DNA of 64,000 nt, taken from the NCBI GenBank assembly GCA_950097015.1, contig CATNEN010000003.1, forward strand, positions 6,200,001-6,264,000. Reading direction: 5' to 3'. Position numbers and translations under genes: made by a program. Every line of letters begins with the position of its first letter. Position 1 is the first letter of the stretch. A model generated the notes under the pieces. That model was not told the origin of the DNA and did no database searches. It worked only from the letters and a program-made list of their open reading frames with translations. Below are positions 14,590-26,200 of this stretch, one piece after another. The DNA is from Macrostomum hystrix (taxonomy: Eukaryota > Animalia > Platyhelminthes).

Positions 14590-14915
14590 ATAATAATTAT
14601 TGCAGGAGGGCTGCGGCCAATGGCGCATCATTTGGTGACACTAGACCCGCAGCCAGCGAGGAGGCAATTCTGCCCATTTCGCTGACTCCTGAGCACACAC
14701 GCACACAGATACTGTACGCAGGCATACACACACACAGGTGTGTACATCTGGCCTGACTTTCTCATCGTCAGGCAGTGTACACTCTCACTGTGCCTTGGAG
14801 GCTGGCCCTTAAGGGTGTAAATTGCACCCCAAATGAATGTGGCCTCGCCGCGGAATCGAGCTCGGGACATTGAAGCGAGAGACTAACGCGTTTACCGCTC
14901 TGCCACTAACCCGCC
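14590..14915 (-). mobile_element. tRNA-derived SINE family B copy (internally deleted)
   Basis: Homologous to 47440-47787, 50640-50978 and 61732-62086; minus-strand head has A box TGGCAGAGCGG and B-box-like GAGCTCGATTCC; AT-rich tail. Confidence 0.8.
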
Positions 14916-15234
14916 ACTATAATCCTCCTTTATAATCAGGATTATTCGCTATCGCTCATTGATCAATGCAGATTATTCACTACAAAACCCAGCTTATCTA
15001 CAATGTAGCTTGAGTACTACAAGTAGGATAGGCCAGAATTATTTATCGAATCGCGCGCTGCTACATTCTACCCCGTCTTCAGTTTGGAAATTTAAGACTA
15101 TTCCGGATTAACTATCGATTTTTAAGGCCCTACCTTTTGCAGCACAAACTATAGTTATTGAAGACATCTTAGATTTCTGAAATGCCTAGAACTTCGATCA
15201 GTTGAAATTGTCTTCATGATTTTATCGATTTGTT

Positions 15235-15670
15235 CTCAAACTCTAGTAAATCACTCACCACTGATATCTCTAACTCTAGTCCATGACTCTCCACTGATAT
15301 CTCTAACTCTAGTCCATGACTCTCCACTGATATCTCTAACTCTAGTCCATGACTCTCCACTGATATCTCTAACTCTAGTCCATCACTCTCCACTGATATC
15401 TCTAACTCTAGTCCATGACTCTCCACTGATATCTCTAACTCTAGTCCATGACTCTCCACTGATATCTCTAACTCTAGTCCATCACTCTCCACTGATATCT
15501 CTAACTCTAGTCCATCACTCTCCACTGATATCTCTAACTCTAGTCCATGACTCTCCACTGATATCTCTAACTCTAGTCCATGACTCTCCACTGATATCTC
15601 TAACTCTAGTCCATGACTCTCCACTGATATCTCTAACTCTAGTCCATGACTCTCCACTGATATCTCTCTA
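15235..15670. repeat. 33-bp minisatellite, ~13 copies
   Basis: Unit CTCTCCACTGATATCTCTAACTCTAGTCCATGA. Confidence 0.95.
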
Positions 15671-16168
15671 ATCTTTCTAATTTCTACTTCTCTGGCTAAG
15701 TCAGAATCTAGTGTCACAGAATGTAGTAATATCTTTCTAATTTCGCCAGAGACAGCCTAAAACGAACCAGAAAGAACCAGAACCAGAGAGAAAACAGAAG
15801 GTAGGTCGTAAATTGTCAAACCTTTTAGAAACTTTCCAATTTTTTAATATCTCGTGTTTTTAATTTAATAAATACTCGTAATTATAATCAACTGAGCTAA
15901 AGAACAAGTCGAGGGTTGAGTACGATTCGCACTAAAGTCCCGGAGTTCGATTACGCGGCGAAGCCATATTTTCCTAGGAGGTGCAGCCGTGGAGAGAAGG
16001 CTTGAGGGCTTCTTGTTCAATTTGAGGGCCAACGACCGAACTAATGTCCCAGTGAGAGGTTTGACACTACCTGATAAAAACTACTCAGGAGTCAGCCTCA
16101 TGTGCCAGTACGCTACCCTCCAGGAAATATCAACGATAAATAACAATAACACCAACATTTTATTGTCT

Positions 16169-19100
16169 TTAGTCAACAGGTGGCAATGTCATTGTGGCCG
16201 CCGGATTAATTTGCATCATCCAACGCTCGAAACCAACCAGGATCAAGCGACCAAGGCTGGCAGCTAATAATTTTACAGCAATCAAAGCCAAAACTACTCC
16301 GATAGTTATCATACCAATGCCGGGTAGGAAGACTTTGTTGTACCAGTCTCGCATGTGCCTCAGGGCATCAGTCTCCGGTGGCACTGGATCCAGACACTTG
16401 GGAACGCCCTGACAGATTTCAAATTCTGTCTCAGGCCCGTAGCAGTCCTCCGGCGGGCCCATGCAGACTCGCCGACGCTTGCGAGTGACGTCATCGTGAC
16501 TACTAGCGCAGTCGGGGCTACAGCCGGTCCAAGCTGACCATTGTGACCAGAGACCAAGCAGGGTTTCGCAGTTTTCCCCGTGGAATCCTTGCTCACATTG
16601 GCATAATGTCCTACCGTGATCTTCAGTTTCAATACAGGCCCCGTACAAACAGACGCGCTTAGTGCACGGTGTCGCCAATTTGAGGCAGTTGCTAAATGGC
16701 TGATCGTTACTAGGCAGGTAGTTTGAGCTGCAATTGCAGGTGTACAAACTGCTGCCCAACCTGGGGATGCATTTGTTGCCGGAGTGACCACTCACTCTGC
16801 AGGCCTCGTTGCCAGTCATCAGATACGGATGATGCCGCCTTAGTGTTCAGCAGGAGGAGAGACAAAAATGCTTTAAATTCTGTTCTACCTGCTTCACGTT
16901 TGAAAATATGCTGATTTTGACATACGTTTTAAAAAACGTATTGTCTAACGATGACGTTATACAACTTGCCTCAATGCGTATCAAATGATGAGATCGAGAA
17001 ATGTCTCAGTGAGTATCAAATGATGAGGTTGAGAAACGTCTCAGTGAGTATCAAATGATGAGGTTGAGAAACGTCTCAGTGAGTATCAAATGATGAGATC
17101 GAGAAATGTCTCAGTGAGTATCAAATGATGAGGTTGAGAAATGTCTCAGTGAGTGTCTAATGATGAGATCGAGAAATGTCTCAGTGAGTATCAAATGATG
17201 AGGTTGAGAAATGTCTCAGTGAGTGTTTAATGATGAGGTTGAGAAACGTCTCAGTGAGTATCAAATGATGAGGTTGAGAAACGTCTCAGTGAGTATCTAA
17301 TGATGAGATCGAGAAATGTCTCAGTAAGTATCAAATGATGAGGTTGAGAAACGTCTCAGTGAGTATCAAATGATGAGGTTGAGAAATGTCTCAGTGGGTA
17401 TCAAATGATGAGGTTGAGAAATGTCTCAGTGAGTATCAAATGATGAGATCGAGAAATGTCTCAGTGAGTATCAAATGATGAGATCGAGAAATGTCTCAGT
17501 AAGTATCAAATGATGAGGTTGAGAAACGTCTCAGTGAGTATCAAATGATGAGGTTGAGAAATGTCTCAGTGAGTGTCAAATGCTGAGGTTGAGAAATGTC
17601 TCAGTGAGTATCAAATGATGAGGTTGAGAAATGTCTCAGTGAGTATCAAATGATGAGATCGAGAAATGTCTCAGTGAGTATCAAATGATGAGATCGAGAA
17701 GTGTCTCAGTAAGTATCAAATGATGAGGTTGAGAAATGTCTCAGTGAGTATCAAATGCTGAGGTTGAGAAATGTCTCAGTGAGTATCAAATGATGAGGTT
17801 GAGAAATGTCTCAGTGAGTATCAAATGATGAGGTTGAGAAATGTCTCAGTGAGTATCAAATGCTGAGGTTGAGAAATGTCTCAGTGAGTATCAAATGCTG
17901 AGGTTGAGAAATGTCTCAGTGAGTGTCTAATGATGAGGTTGAGAAATGTCTCAGTGAGTATCAAATGATGAGGTTGAGAAATGTCTCAGTAAGTATCAAA
18001 TGATGAGGTTGAGAAACGTCTCAGTGAGTATCAAATGATGAGATCGAGAAATGTCTCAGTGAGTATCAAATGATGAGATCGAGAAATGTCTCAGTGAGTA
18101 TCAAATGATGAGATCGAGAAATGTCTCAGTGAGTATCAAATGATGAGATCGAGAAATGTCTCAGTAAGTATCAAATGATGAGGTTGAGAAACGTCTCAGT
18201 GAGTATCAAATGATGAGGTTGAGAAATGTCTCAGTGAGTGTCAAATGCTGAGGTTGAGAAATGTCTCAGTGAGTATCAAATGATGAGGTTGAGAAATGTC
18301 TCAGTGAGTATCAAATGATGAGATCGAGAAATGTCTCAGTGAGTATCAAATGATGAGGTTGAGAAATGTCTCAGTGAGTATCAAATGATGAGGTTGACAA
18401 ACGTCTCAGTGAGTATCAAATGATGAGGTTGAGAAATGTCTCAGTGAGTATCAAATGATGAGGTTGAGAAATGTCTCAGTGAGTATCAAATGCTGAGGTT
18501 GAGAAATGTCTCAGTGAGTATCAAATGCTGAGGTTGAGAAATGTCTCAGTGAGTGTCTAATGATGAGGTTGAGAAATGTCTCAGTGAGTATCAAATGATG
18601 AGGTTGAGAAATGTCTCAGTGAGTATCAAATGATGAGGTTGAGAAATGTCTCAGTGAGTATCAAATGCTGAGGTTGAGAAATGTCTCAGTGAGTATCAAA
18701 TGCTGAGGTTGAGAAATGTCTCAGTGAGTATCAAATGCTGAGGTTGAGAAATGTCTCAGTGAGTATCAAATGCTGAGGTTGAGAAATGTCTCAGTGAGTA
18801 TCAAATGCTGAGGTTGAGAAATGTCTCAGTGAGTATCAAATGCTGAGGTTGAGAAATGTCTCAGTGAGTGTCTAATGATGAGGTTGAGAAATGTCTCAGT
18901 GAGTATCAAATGCTGAGGTTGAGAAACGTCTCAGTGAGTATCAAATGATGAGGTTGAGAAACGTCTCAGTGAGTATCAAATGATGAGGTTGAGAAATGTC
19001 TCAGTGAGTATCAAATGATGAGGTTGAGAAATGTCTCAGTGAGTATCAAATGATGAGGTTGAGAAATGTCTCAGTGAGTATCAAATGATGAGGTTGAGAA

Positions 19101-22100
19101 ATGTCTCAGTGAGTATCAAATGATGAGGTTGAGAAATGTCTCAGTGAGTATCAAATGATGAGGTTGAGAAATGTCTCAGTGAGTATCAAATGATGAGGTT
19201 GAGAAATGTCTCAGTGAGAATCAAATGATGAGGTTGAGAAACGTCTCAGTGAGTATCAAATGCTGAGGTTGAGAAACGTCTCAGTGAGTATCAAATGCTG
19301 AAGTTGAGAAATTTTTTATTGAGTGTCTTATGCGGCTATTGTGGAATGTCTCAGTCGGGCTTTTAACAAACACCAGTCGATACCTGTTGACGCAAGCATT
19401 GTTGGGCTGGTCGCATCTTCGGCCCATGTAGGCCGCCGAGCAGACGCAAGTCGCTTGACTAGATGTGACGTTGAAATGGCACGACATGGTTCCATTCTCG
19501 GAGCAGAACTGGTTCTTGTTGCACAGATCTTTTGGCTTGCATTGGCCCGTAAGCGAGTCGAATTGGAAATTATGCCGACATTTGCAGTGGAATTCATTGC
19601 TGAGGAAGCCCTTCACGATGCAGCTGCCGGTGGCAAAGTTGACCTTGGCGCAAGGATTTCCCAGACAGGGATTTGGGCACAGAGTTACCTGTTTCTGGGC
19701 CAAGATGTCTTTTTTGTCTAGCAGGCGATCTGTTAACGGTAGAGAGACCACGGAGGGTTATTTAAAATACCGACATTTTTGTTTGAATATCCTAAATTTT
19801 TCTCTCTTTTCAATTAATAAACTTCCAGAGTCGCAAAACATCGGCATCGTCGAGGTATTCAGCGGTTCTCGTCGGAGCGTCAAGTGGCAAGAACTACAAA
19901 TATAGGCATCTATCTATCTCTATCTATTTGCAGGGGGGCCCGGGGCACTTGTCGCACAAGTGACGGAGCGGCACGCCCCCAGACCGGCGAACTAGGCGCT
20001 TTTGCGCCCATCGCGCCGCCTCCCCTGAGCAGGCCCCACACACAGCAGCACAGAACAGCCGGGGAGGGCAGGAGGCACCCAGAATAGGCAGCAGTGCCCC
20101 CCACCCCAGCCCCACACGCACAGAGCAGACCAAGCCGGGGCGGGGCGGAAGGCTGATAAGAAATCAGTCCTCAGGGGGGGGCCGGGTGATGAGTGTACAC
20201 TTATCCAATCACGCTGACGGAAATCCAGAAAGCGCGCGGCGGTGTACACCCGCCCTCCAGCCACCCCCCGCAAGGCCTCACGCCCCAGCGCCAACGCACG
20301 CAACTCACACAACGCAGAACAGGCACACAGAATTGGTAGGAGCGAAGCTATTATTTCAAGCTTTGATTGCACGAAATATGGTGCAACTCCGCCGGTCGCT
20401 ACTGTCCAAACCCCCCAACAAGTCCCGAAATTAATCGTGACTTAAAGGTTGAATCGAACTAGCGTCCTTTGGAGTGCGAGGCAGCGACGTTAGCCGCTGA
20501 CCCACTCGCCCCTCACAAATATAGGCATATTTTTTCATCAGAAAATGTCATCATAGAATCATGTCGGCTATCATTTTTAACTGTATTTTGGATTGATAAA
20601 TTTTCTTTCTTTCATTTTGAACTGGATTCGCCATAGAAGTTTATGCTGAGGAATGTTACTTGTTCTTGTCAACAGGGTCTTTGACAAGAATCGCTGAATC
20701 GATTATGCTGACGTCGAACAGCCTTGAAAGTTTGTTCATCGTAAAGGGCCAAAAAATTTGATCCCAATGGCGGACATTCACAAATGTGAAGCTTGAAAAA
20801 AAACAATTGTGAAGCTTACGCTTGTATCTGGAGCAGAAGGTGTTGATGTACACAGCAGAAAGTGTGTCAATATCACGAATCGGATAGCACTCTTTCTCTT
20901 TATAAGGCAGGTAGAAAATTGGCCCAAAAGAAGTTGAACTCCCAATTGTTTTCCAACCACTTATCATGCCTAGATCTAACTGCGAGTAATAGTCGATGGT
21001 GTATGGATCAAGAAGGCCTAGAAACTTGTGCCATGAACAACGCGGTCTGGCTAGTTCGTCGCAAGTGTCCATCAGCTTAGTCCAGTCCATCTGATGAATC
21101 ATCGTGTTGAACGTATGCGCCTGGAGGTACCATTGAAGCGCCAGGAAGCAATTAGGAAGATTCAGGAACATTTTAAAGGACTACTCAAATCTAAGAAAGT
21201 TCACAGCGATTCTCGCAATCTCACGAATGCTTAAGTGTCAGTAATGGGAAGGGATTCCTCAAGTCTCAGGAATGGGGAAGGGAGTCCTCAAGTATCAGGA
21301 ATGGGGAAGGGATTCCTCAAGTCTCAGGAATGGGGAAGGGATTCCTCAAGTCTCAGGAATGGGGAAGGGATTCCTCAAGTCTCAGGAATGGGGAAGGGAG
21401 TCCTCAAGTATCAGGAATGGGGAAGGGATTCCTTAAAACTCAGGAATGGGGAAGGGATTCCTCAAGTCTCAGGAATGGGGAAGGGATTCCTCAAGTCTCA
21501 GGAATGGGGAAGGGATTCCTCAAGTCTCAGGAATGGGGAAGGGATTCCTCAAGTCTCAGGAATGGGGAAGGGATTCCTCAAGTCTCATTAATGGGGAAGG
21601 GATTCCTCAAGTCTCATTAATGGGGAAGGGATTCCTCAAGTCTCAGGAATGGGGAAGGGATTCCTCAAGTCTCAGGAATGGGGAAGGGATTCCTCAAGTC
21701 TCATTAATGGGGAAGGGATTCCTCAAGTCTCAGGAATGGGGAAGGGATTCCTCAAGTCTCAGGAATGGGGAAGGGATTCCTCAAGTCTCAGGAATGGGGA
21801 AGGGATTCCTCAAGTCTCATTAATGGGGAAGGGATTCCTCAAGTCTCAGGAATGGGGAAGGGATTCCTCAAGTCTCAGGAATGGGGAAGGGATTCCTCAA
21901 GTCTCAGGAATGGGGAAGGGATTCTTGAAGTCTTAAGTCACTGGGATATAAAAGGGGTTCCTGAGTGGAGAGTAATACCAGAACAAAATATAATGACACG
22001 AAATGTATCAAAACGCACATGAAACAAAAAGTAGCAGTTTGGAGCGTCCAAAAAGACACGACAGCCGTCTCTCTGTATGTGCGTTGGACTTCCGTCTTCT

Positions 22101-22456
22101 ATGCAGAATGATCCCTGAATTCGAACCCAAGAGAAAAGCACTGGAAGTATGCCGCTGCCTTTAGCTGTGCCGGGAAAGCCAAATTGCATGCTTTTCAATG
22201 CTGGATTAGTCATGAAGTCAAAGGTTCTTAAGCCGAGCATCCTGTAGTCGTTGCTGATTCTTGATCGCATAGCGCCCGCGTTTCGATCTCTAGCGCGTAT
22301 TAGCTCCAACTCGCCAATTAGATCGGCCTTCCATGCTATATTGCGCTTATCTGATGCCGGATTTTTCAGCTGTAAATTGCATAGCACGGATCTGTATGCG
22401 ATGGCCAGAAGTATGGCGCTAGAAAGTAGACATTTCGAGCCAAATTGCATTAGCAT
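16169..22456 (-). CDS. Type I membrane protein: signal peptide, unique N-terminal region, ~4 EGF-like domains, TSP1 repeat, TM helix, short tail
   Basis: Exons 22456-22019 (CAT|GTGCGT), 21120-20820 (AAG C|GTAAGC), 19729-19384 (AAC AG|GTATCG) and 16838-16169 (AAG acceptor, frame-consistent). EGF CxCxxGFxGxxC motifs, WSQWSAWTGCS...RKRRRVC TSP1 motif, TM FLPGIGMITIGVVLALIAV. Confidence 0.8.
16975..19312. repeat. 35-bp minisatellite (GAGAAATGTCTCAGTGAGTATCAAATGATGAGGTT)n, ~65 copies, fills an intron
   Basis: Period of 35 bp verified (17101 to 17136). Confidence 0.95.
19747..20790 (+). mobile_element. Diverged copy of MITE-like family A, interrupted by a SINE
   Basis: 19747-19900 and 20663-20775 align by eye with 48710-48890 and 49078-49203 (e.g. 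GACAAGAATCGCTGAAT, TTCATCGTAAAGGGC). Confidence 0.6.
19910..20514 (-). mobile_element. tRNA-derived SINE family A, full length
   Basis: 14-bp TSD ACAAATATAGGCAT (19896-19909 / 20515-20528); A box TGGGTCAGCGG, B box GTTCGATTC; (AGAT)n tail; second copy at 49604-50197. Confidence 0.9.
21240..21930. repeat. 29-bp minisatellite (AATGGGGAAGGGATTCCTCAAGTCTCAGG)n, ~24 copies
   Basis: Direct reading; intronic. Confidence 0.95.
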
Positions 22457-22654
22457 TTTTTGTATAAAAGTATTCGTAAATAGTTGATTCGTAAATTCGC
22501 TTTATGCTTTGAGGACTGAAATGGTACTTGAAATGAAACTGACTGATACTTTCATGCCTGCCGTAAAGATGGTCTTGTGACTCTTGCCCATAGACTATAC
22601 GAGACATTTATCTACCAAAGCGAGCATTAAACAACCAAGGACTACATGTATATG

Positions 22655-22870
22655 CACTAGAAGATGAAGGACGGGACACTTTGTTCCTGAGAAAATTTAT
22701 TAAAGGCAGATTTTCACGAAAAAGGCACTAGCGAGATAGGAGATTTTCATTTTTACCTTTAAATGTTGATAACTTTTTATCGTAATGTTAAAAAAGAGAT
22801 TTTTCCACTGAAAATCTGTCTTTATAAAATTTTCCAAGAAACGAAGTGTCTCGTCCTTCTTCTTCTAGTG
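22655..22870. mobile_element. 216-bp MITE with 27-bp TIRs starting CACTA
   Basis: CACTAGAAGATGAAGGACGGGACACTT (22655-22681) matches the reverse complement of 22844-22870 at 25/27; no clear TSD; related partial inverted copy at ~27360-27495. Confidence 0.7.
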
Positions 22871-23215
22871 GTCCTAGTAAAGAACTCGGGAGGGTAGCTC
22901 ATTGTAGAGGTGTGCTTTTTGTACTTTTTAGTTATTTTATATTCAACTTGGTCTTTGCACTGACTTTGCGCGTTTGAAAATATCTGAAATTTAGCTGAAT
23001 CTATATGTATAACAAAAATAATATATAAACAAGAATCGAAAAAAGAGACATTAAACTTTTCCGTCTTAACTATGTCTTTGACAGTTAAAATGTATATTGG
23101 CAATAAAACATTATTTAAGAATTAATGCCGCTACGAATATATACTTTTTCAATCGTGCTTCGCACAGTTTAGGTTTTTTCGAATCTCGCATTGAATAGTG
23201 ATTTGAAAGTTCGCA

Positions 23216-26200
23216 TCAAACCCCACTCTGATTGGGTGCAGTTGTTTCGATATTTGTTGCGCTTTGAACAGTAGCGACTCGTCCTTGTCCAGTCACTCGC
23301 CTCTTAAGCCGCTTTACGTTGCGTCGGATCAATTCCAGGTCGCGAGAGAGAGTTGACAGATCCAGGATCACGATAAATACGCCGAAAATGACGCAAACAA
23401 TGATAGCGATGGCGCCAATCGAGTCAGCACCTTGAGCTTCGACGCTTGGTGGCACGTAGTGCTTGCCTTTGGCCACTACAGCCTCCGATGTCTCTGTGTG
23501 TGTTTTATATTGGTTCGAATGATATTGTAATTCAGCGTTCATCAATTTACCTTCTGTTGAAATTTTCACTGCTTGATTGTTTTTATAACACTAATAAAGA
23601 GTGTAAGGATTGTAAATAATTATTTTAAATTATTATCTATCTTCCTGAAGAGGATTTGGCATGGCAAATTGGTTACTAAAAATAGCAAGTGAAAAAAATA
23701 TGAGAAGAAATACGCAGTCGTTAACGACTCCTTGAAAATCAAAACCTACTCGTTGCTTTTTATAAGGGATAGAGGGGACTGTTGCTCGGGGTAGCGAAGT
23801 TTAATGCTTTGAACCTTTTGAATCTTCGTTTCTGCTGAAGGCAATCATCGAGAACTCACTAACGCATGTTGGCAGTCGGCTCAGATTCCAGAAGCCAGTG
23901 TCTGTGCACAGCACCACGGGCTGCCCAATGCCGGTGCTAGATCCCGCCTGACAGCTGAATCGCATCACAGTGCCGTAGGTGTAGAACTCCACAGTGTTGA
24001 CAGCGTCTGTAGACAGCGTCAGACTGGTGCCATTGATGAACTCGATGCTAGTCAGGTTGTTGTAGGTCAGACTAGCTAGGAATTGGTCTCCGGCAGAATT
24101 TTTCTCGATGAGGCGATCTGACAGGCAGCTCACAGCTTTTTAGTCGTAAGTGGTTGTTTTCGTTCGTTTTATTTACTACGTTTGGTTGAGAAAGATATTT
24201 AAACTCCCAAGTTTACAGTACTCTACAGTAGAACTACCGAGGGGAATTCCCTCGACAAATTTTTGTGCTGCACCTGAACAGAGAAAAGCAAGCACACGAA
24301 ACTCAAGAAAACGGGTCAACTTTTTGTTGCGCATCTTTTGAAACAAAAATCAAGTCGCCATATCTTTAGAACGTCGAGATATTCAATGTTTCTGGTCAAA
24401 GGTCAGATTTTTCCCGTAAGCGCTTTGGAATATTTCATACACCCCTATTCACGAATTAGCACTGCGCCTCAGTGCAGCCTTGCCAGGCCTTCAAAATTTA
24501 TCAGCATGTCACCCGAATGTGCCTGCATCATCTCCGACTTCGGTGATGACCTAGCTGTCACGACGCGGACACCCTGACGCGAATTACTCAAATTTCACTG
24601 CTCAAGCCTAAATATTAGGCGCAGCTCAGCCACAGGACACCATCGCCTAGTCTGTCAACCATTCAGTCACCACCCAACGCTGTTAGCATTCAGGTGCCGC
24701 TAAAAAATAATTATCAGGGGAACTCCCCCTGCAATAAAAACAGGCCGCAAAATGGGTTGGTAGTCCTTCTATTAATAATTACAACAGACGTCAGGAGCAG
24801 AGCGCAACTCACGAACGCAGGCCGTTGTGCGCAGTCGACTCAGGGAAGTTCCGAGAGCGCCAAACCAGGCGCCCTCTATCAAGCTGCCGTTGTTTAATTC
24901 GCAAGACACCACCTTTGTAAAGGTGCGATCTTCAAAGAATTCTCCGATTTTGGCGCACTTAATGTACACACGGTTGGGATAATATGGATAGCTCGACAGT
25001 TGAAATTCATTGTATTCCTTCTCGTGAATTCGATCCGTGGCCTTGTAAGCTGTCATGTAGCTTGGTAAAATGGTTTGAATTGATGGACAGGCGACAGCTG
25101 AAATGGATCAATACAGCTGAAGTTTTTATTCTTAACTTTATACAGAGTATCCAGAGAGTATCCACAGCTGTTAAACCGTTGTAATTCGTTTCTCAATCGA
25201 TTTTCTAGCTAATCTTGAAGTAGGCAGGGGGCATTTGAAATACGACCGTGGTCGTTCCCTATTCAGAAGGAAAAACGTCATTTTTTACTTTTAAGACCTA
25301 AATTAAAAACCTTTTTGAGATAAGTCATTAACGCACACAGATGATCCAGACCATAATGACGACACTAAAAATGAGAAACAATAAAGTTCGTTTCAATAAA
25401 ATCAGTAAAACGAACTATAGGCAATCTATGTGCTCTCGTTTATGTGGTGCATCATAATCCTATATCTCTGTCGGTACTCGGGTTTATGCAAACCTCCATA
25501 AAAGTTCCCACACTGTTCACTGCTTACTGTTCATTCTGCCCTGTTTTCCTCTGGCCTACTAGCTCGCACTTGATTCTAAAAATAGCTCACACTCTGTCTC
25601 CCTCCATTTGTGCGCACCCCCACTTCCCTTCTAGAACACTCTATGGGATTTTTCGCGCAACTACGCTCGTAAGTTGTTTACTCTTGTTTCACGATCTTCA
25701 ACCTTCTGGAATATTCTTCCAGAAGTTTCCGGAAAACCTTAGCAGCTTGTTTAAGTGTTGCAGCTACCCGCGCTATTCAAGACCTTCTCTCTCACTCAAA
25801 CGCAACTTCTGATCTATTGCTCAATTGGGCAAAATATAGCCAGCTGTGCGGCGTAATTGACAGCCGCCCTTAACTAACTTAAGCATTTGAGTTCGCTCAC
25901 TTACTTGTCCATCTAGCTCATAGCTAACGAAGTCGACAATCTCTCTGCATTCTGAAAACATGGCTCTTTAGGTAGGCCGTCTAAAGCCTGTTAATAAACA
26001 CTATACGAGTACATATCTAGCTGAGTATGGACTCACGCTGGCATGCATTCAAATCGGGCGGTATCCATTCGTAACGAGTTCGATCGTTGCTACTGTAGCC
26101 ACAGATCAACTGGCTATTGATCGATGATTGGTTCATGTAGGACACGTAGCCTTGGGTGCAGTTCACTGGGAAGGATTCCCCATATTGATAATATTGCTTT

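Noticed and set aside
16975-19312. TGATGAG...GAAA in the 35-bp satellite as a hammerhead ribozyme
   Set aside because: Lacks the CUGANGA core and stem II pairing.
20663-20775. Apparent exon capture (ORF 20656-21171 tail matching 49078-49203)
   Set aside because: The exon ends at the donor at 20820; the matching part is intronic MITE-A sequence.
25440-26000. Possible decayed LINE fragment on the minus strand
   Set aside because: Only vague peptide resemblance with many stops; cannot be supported without a search.
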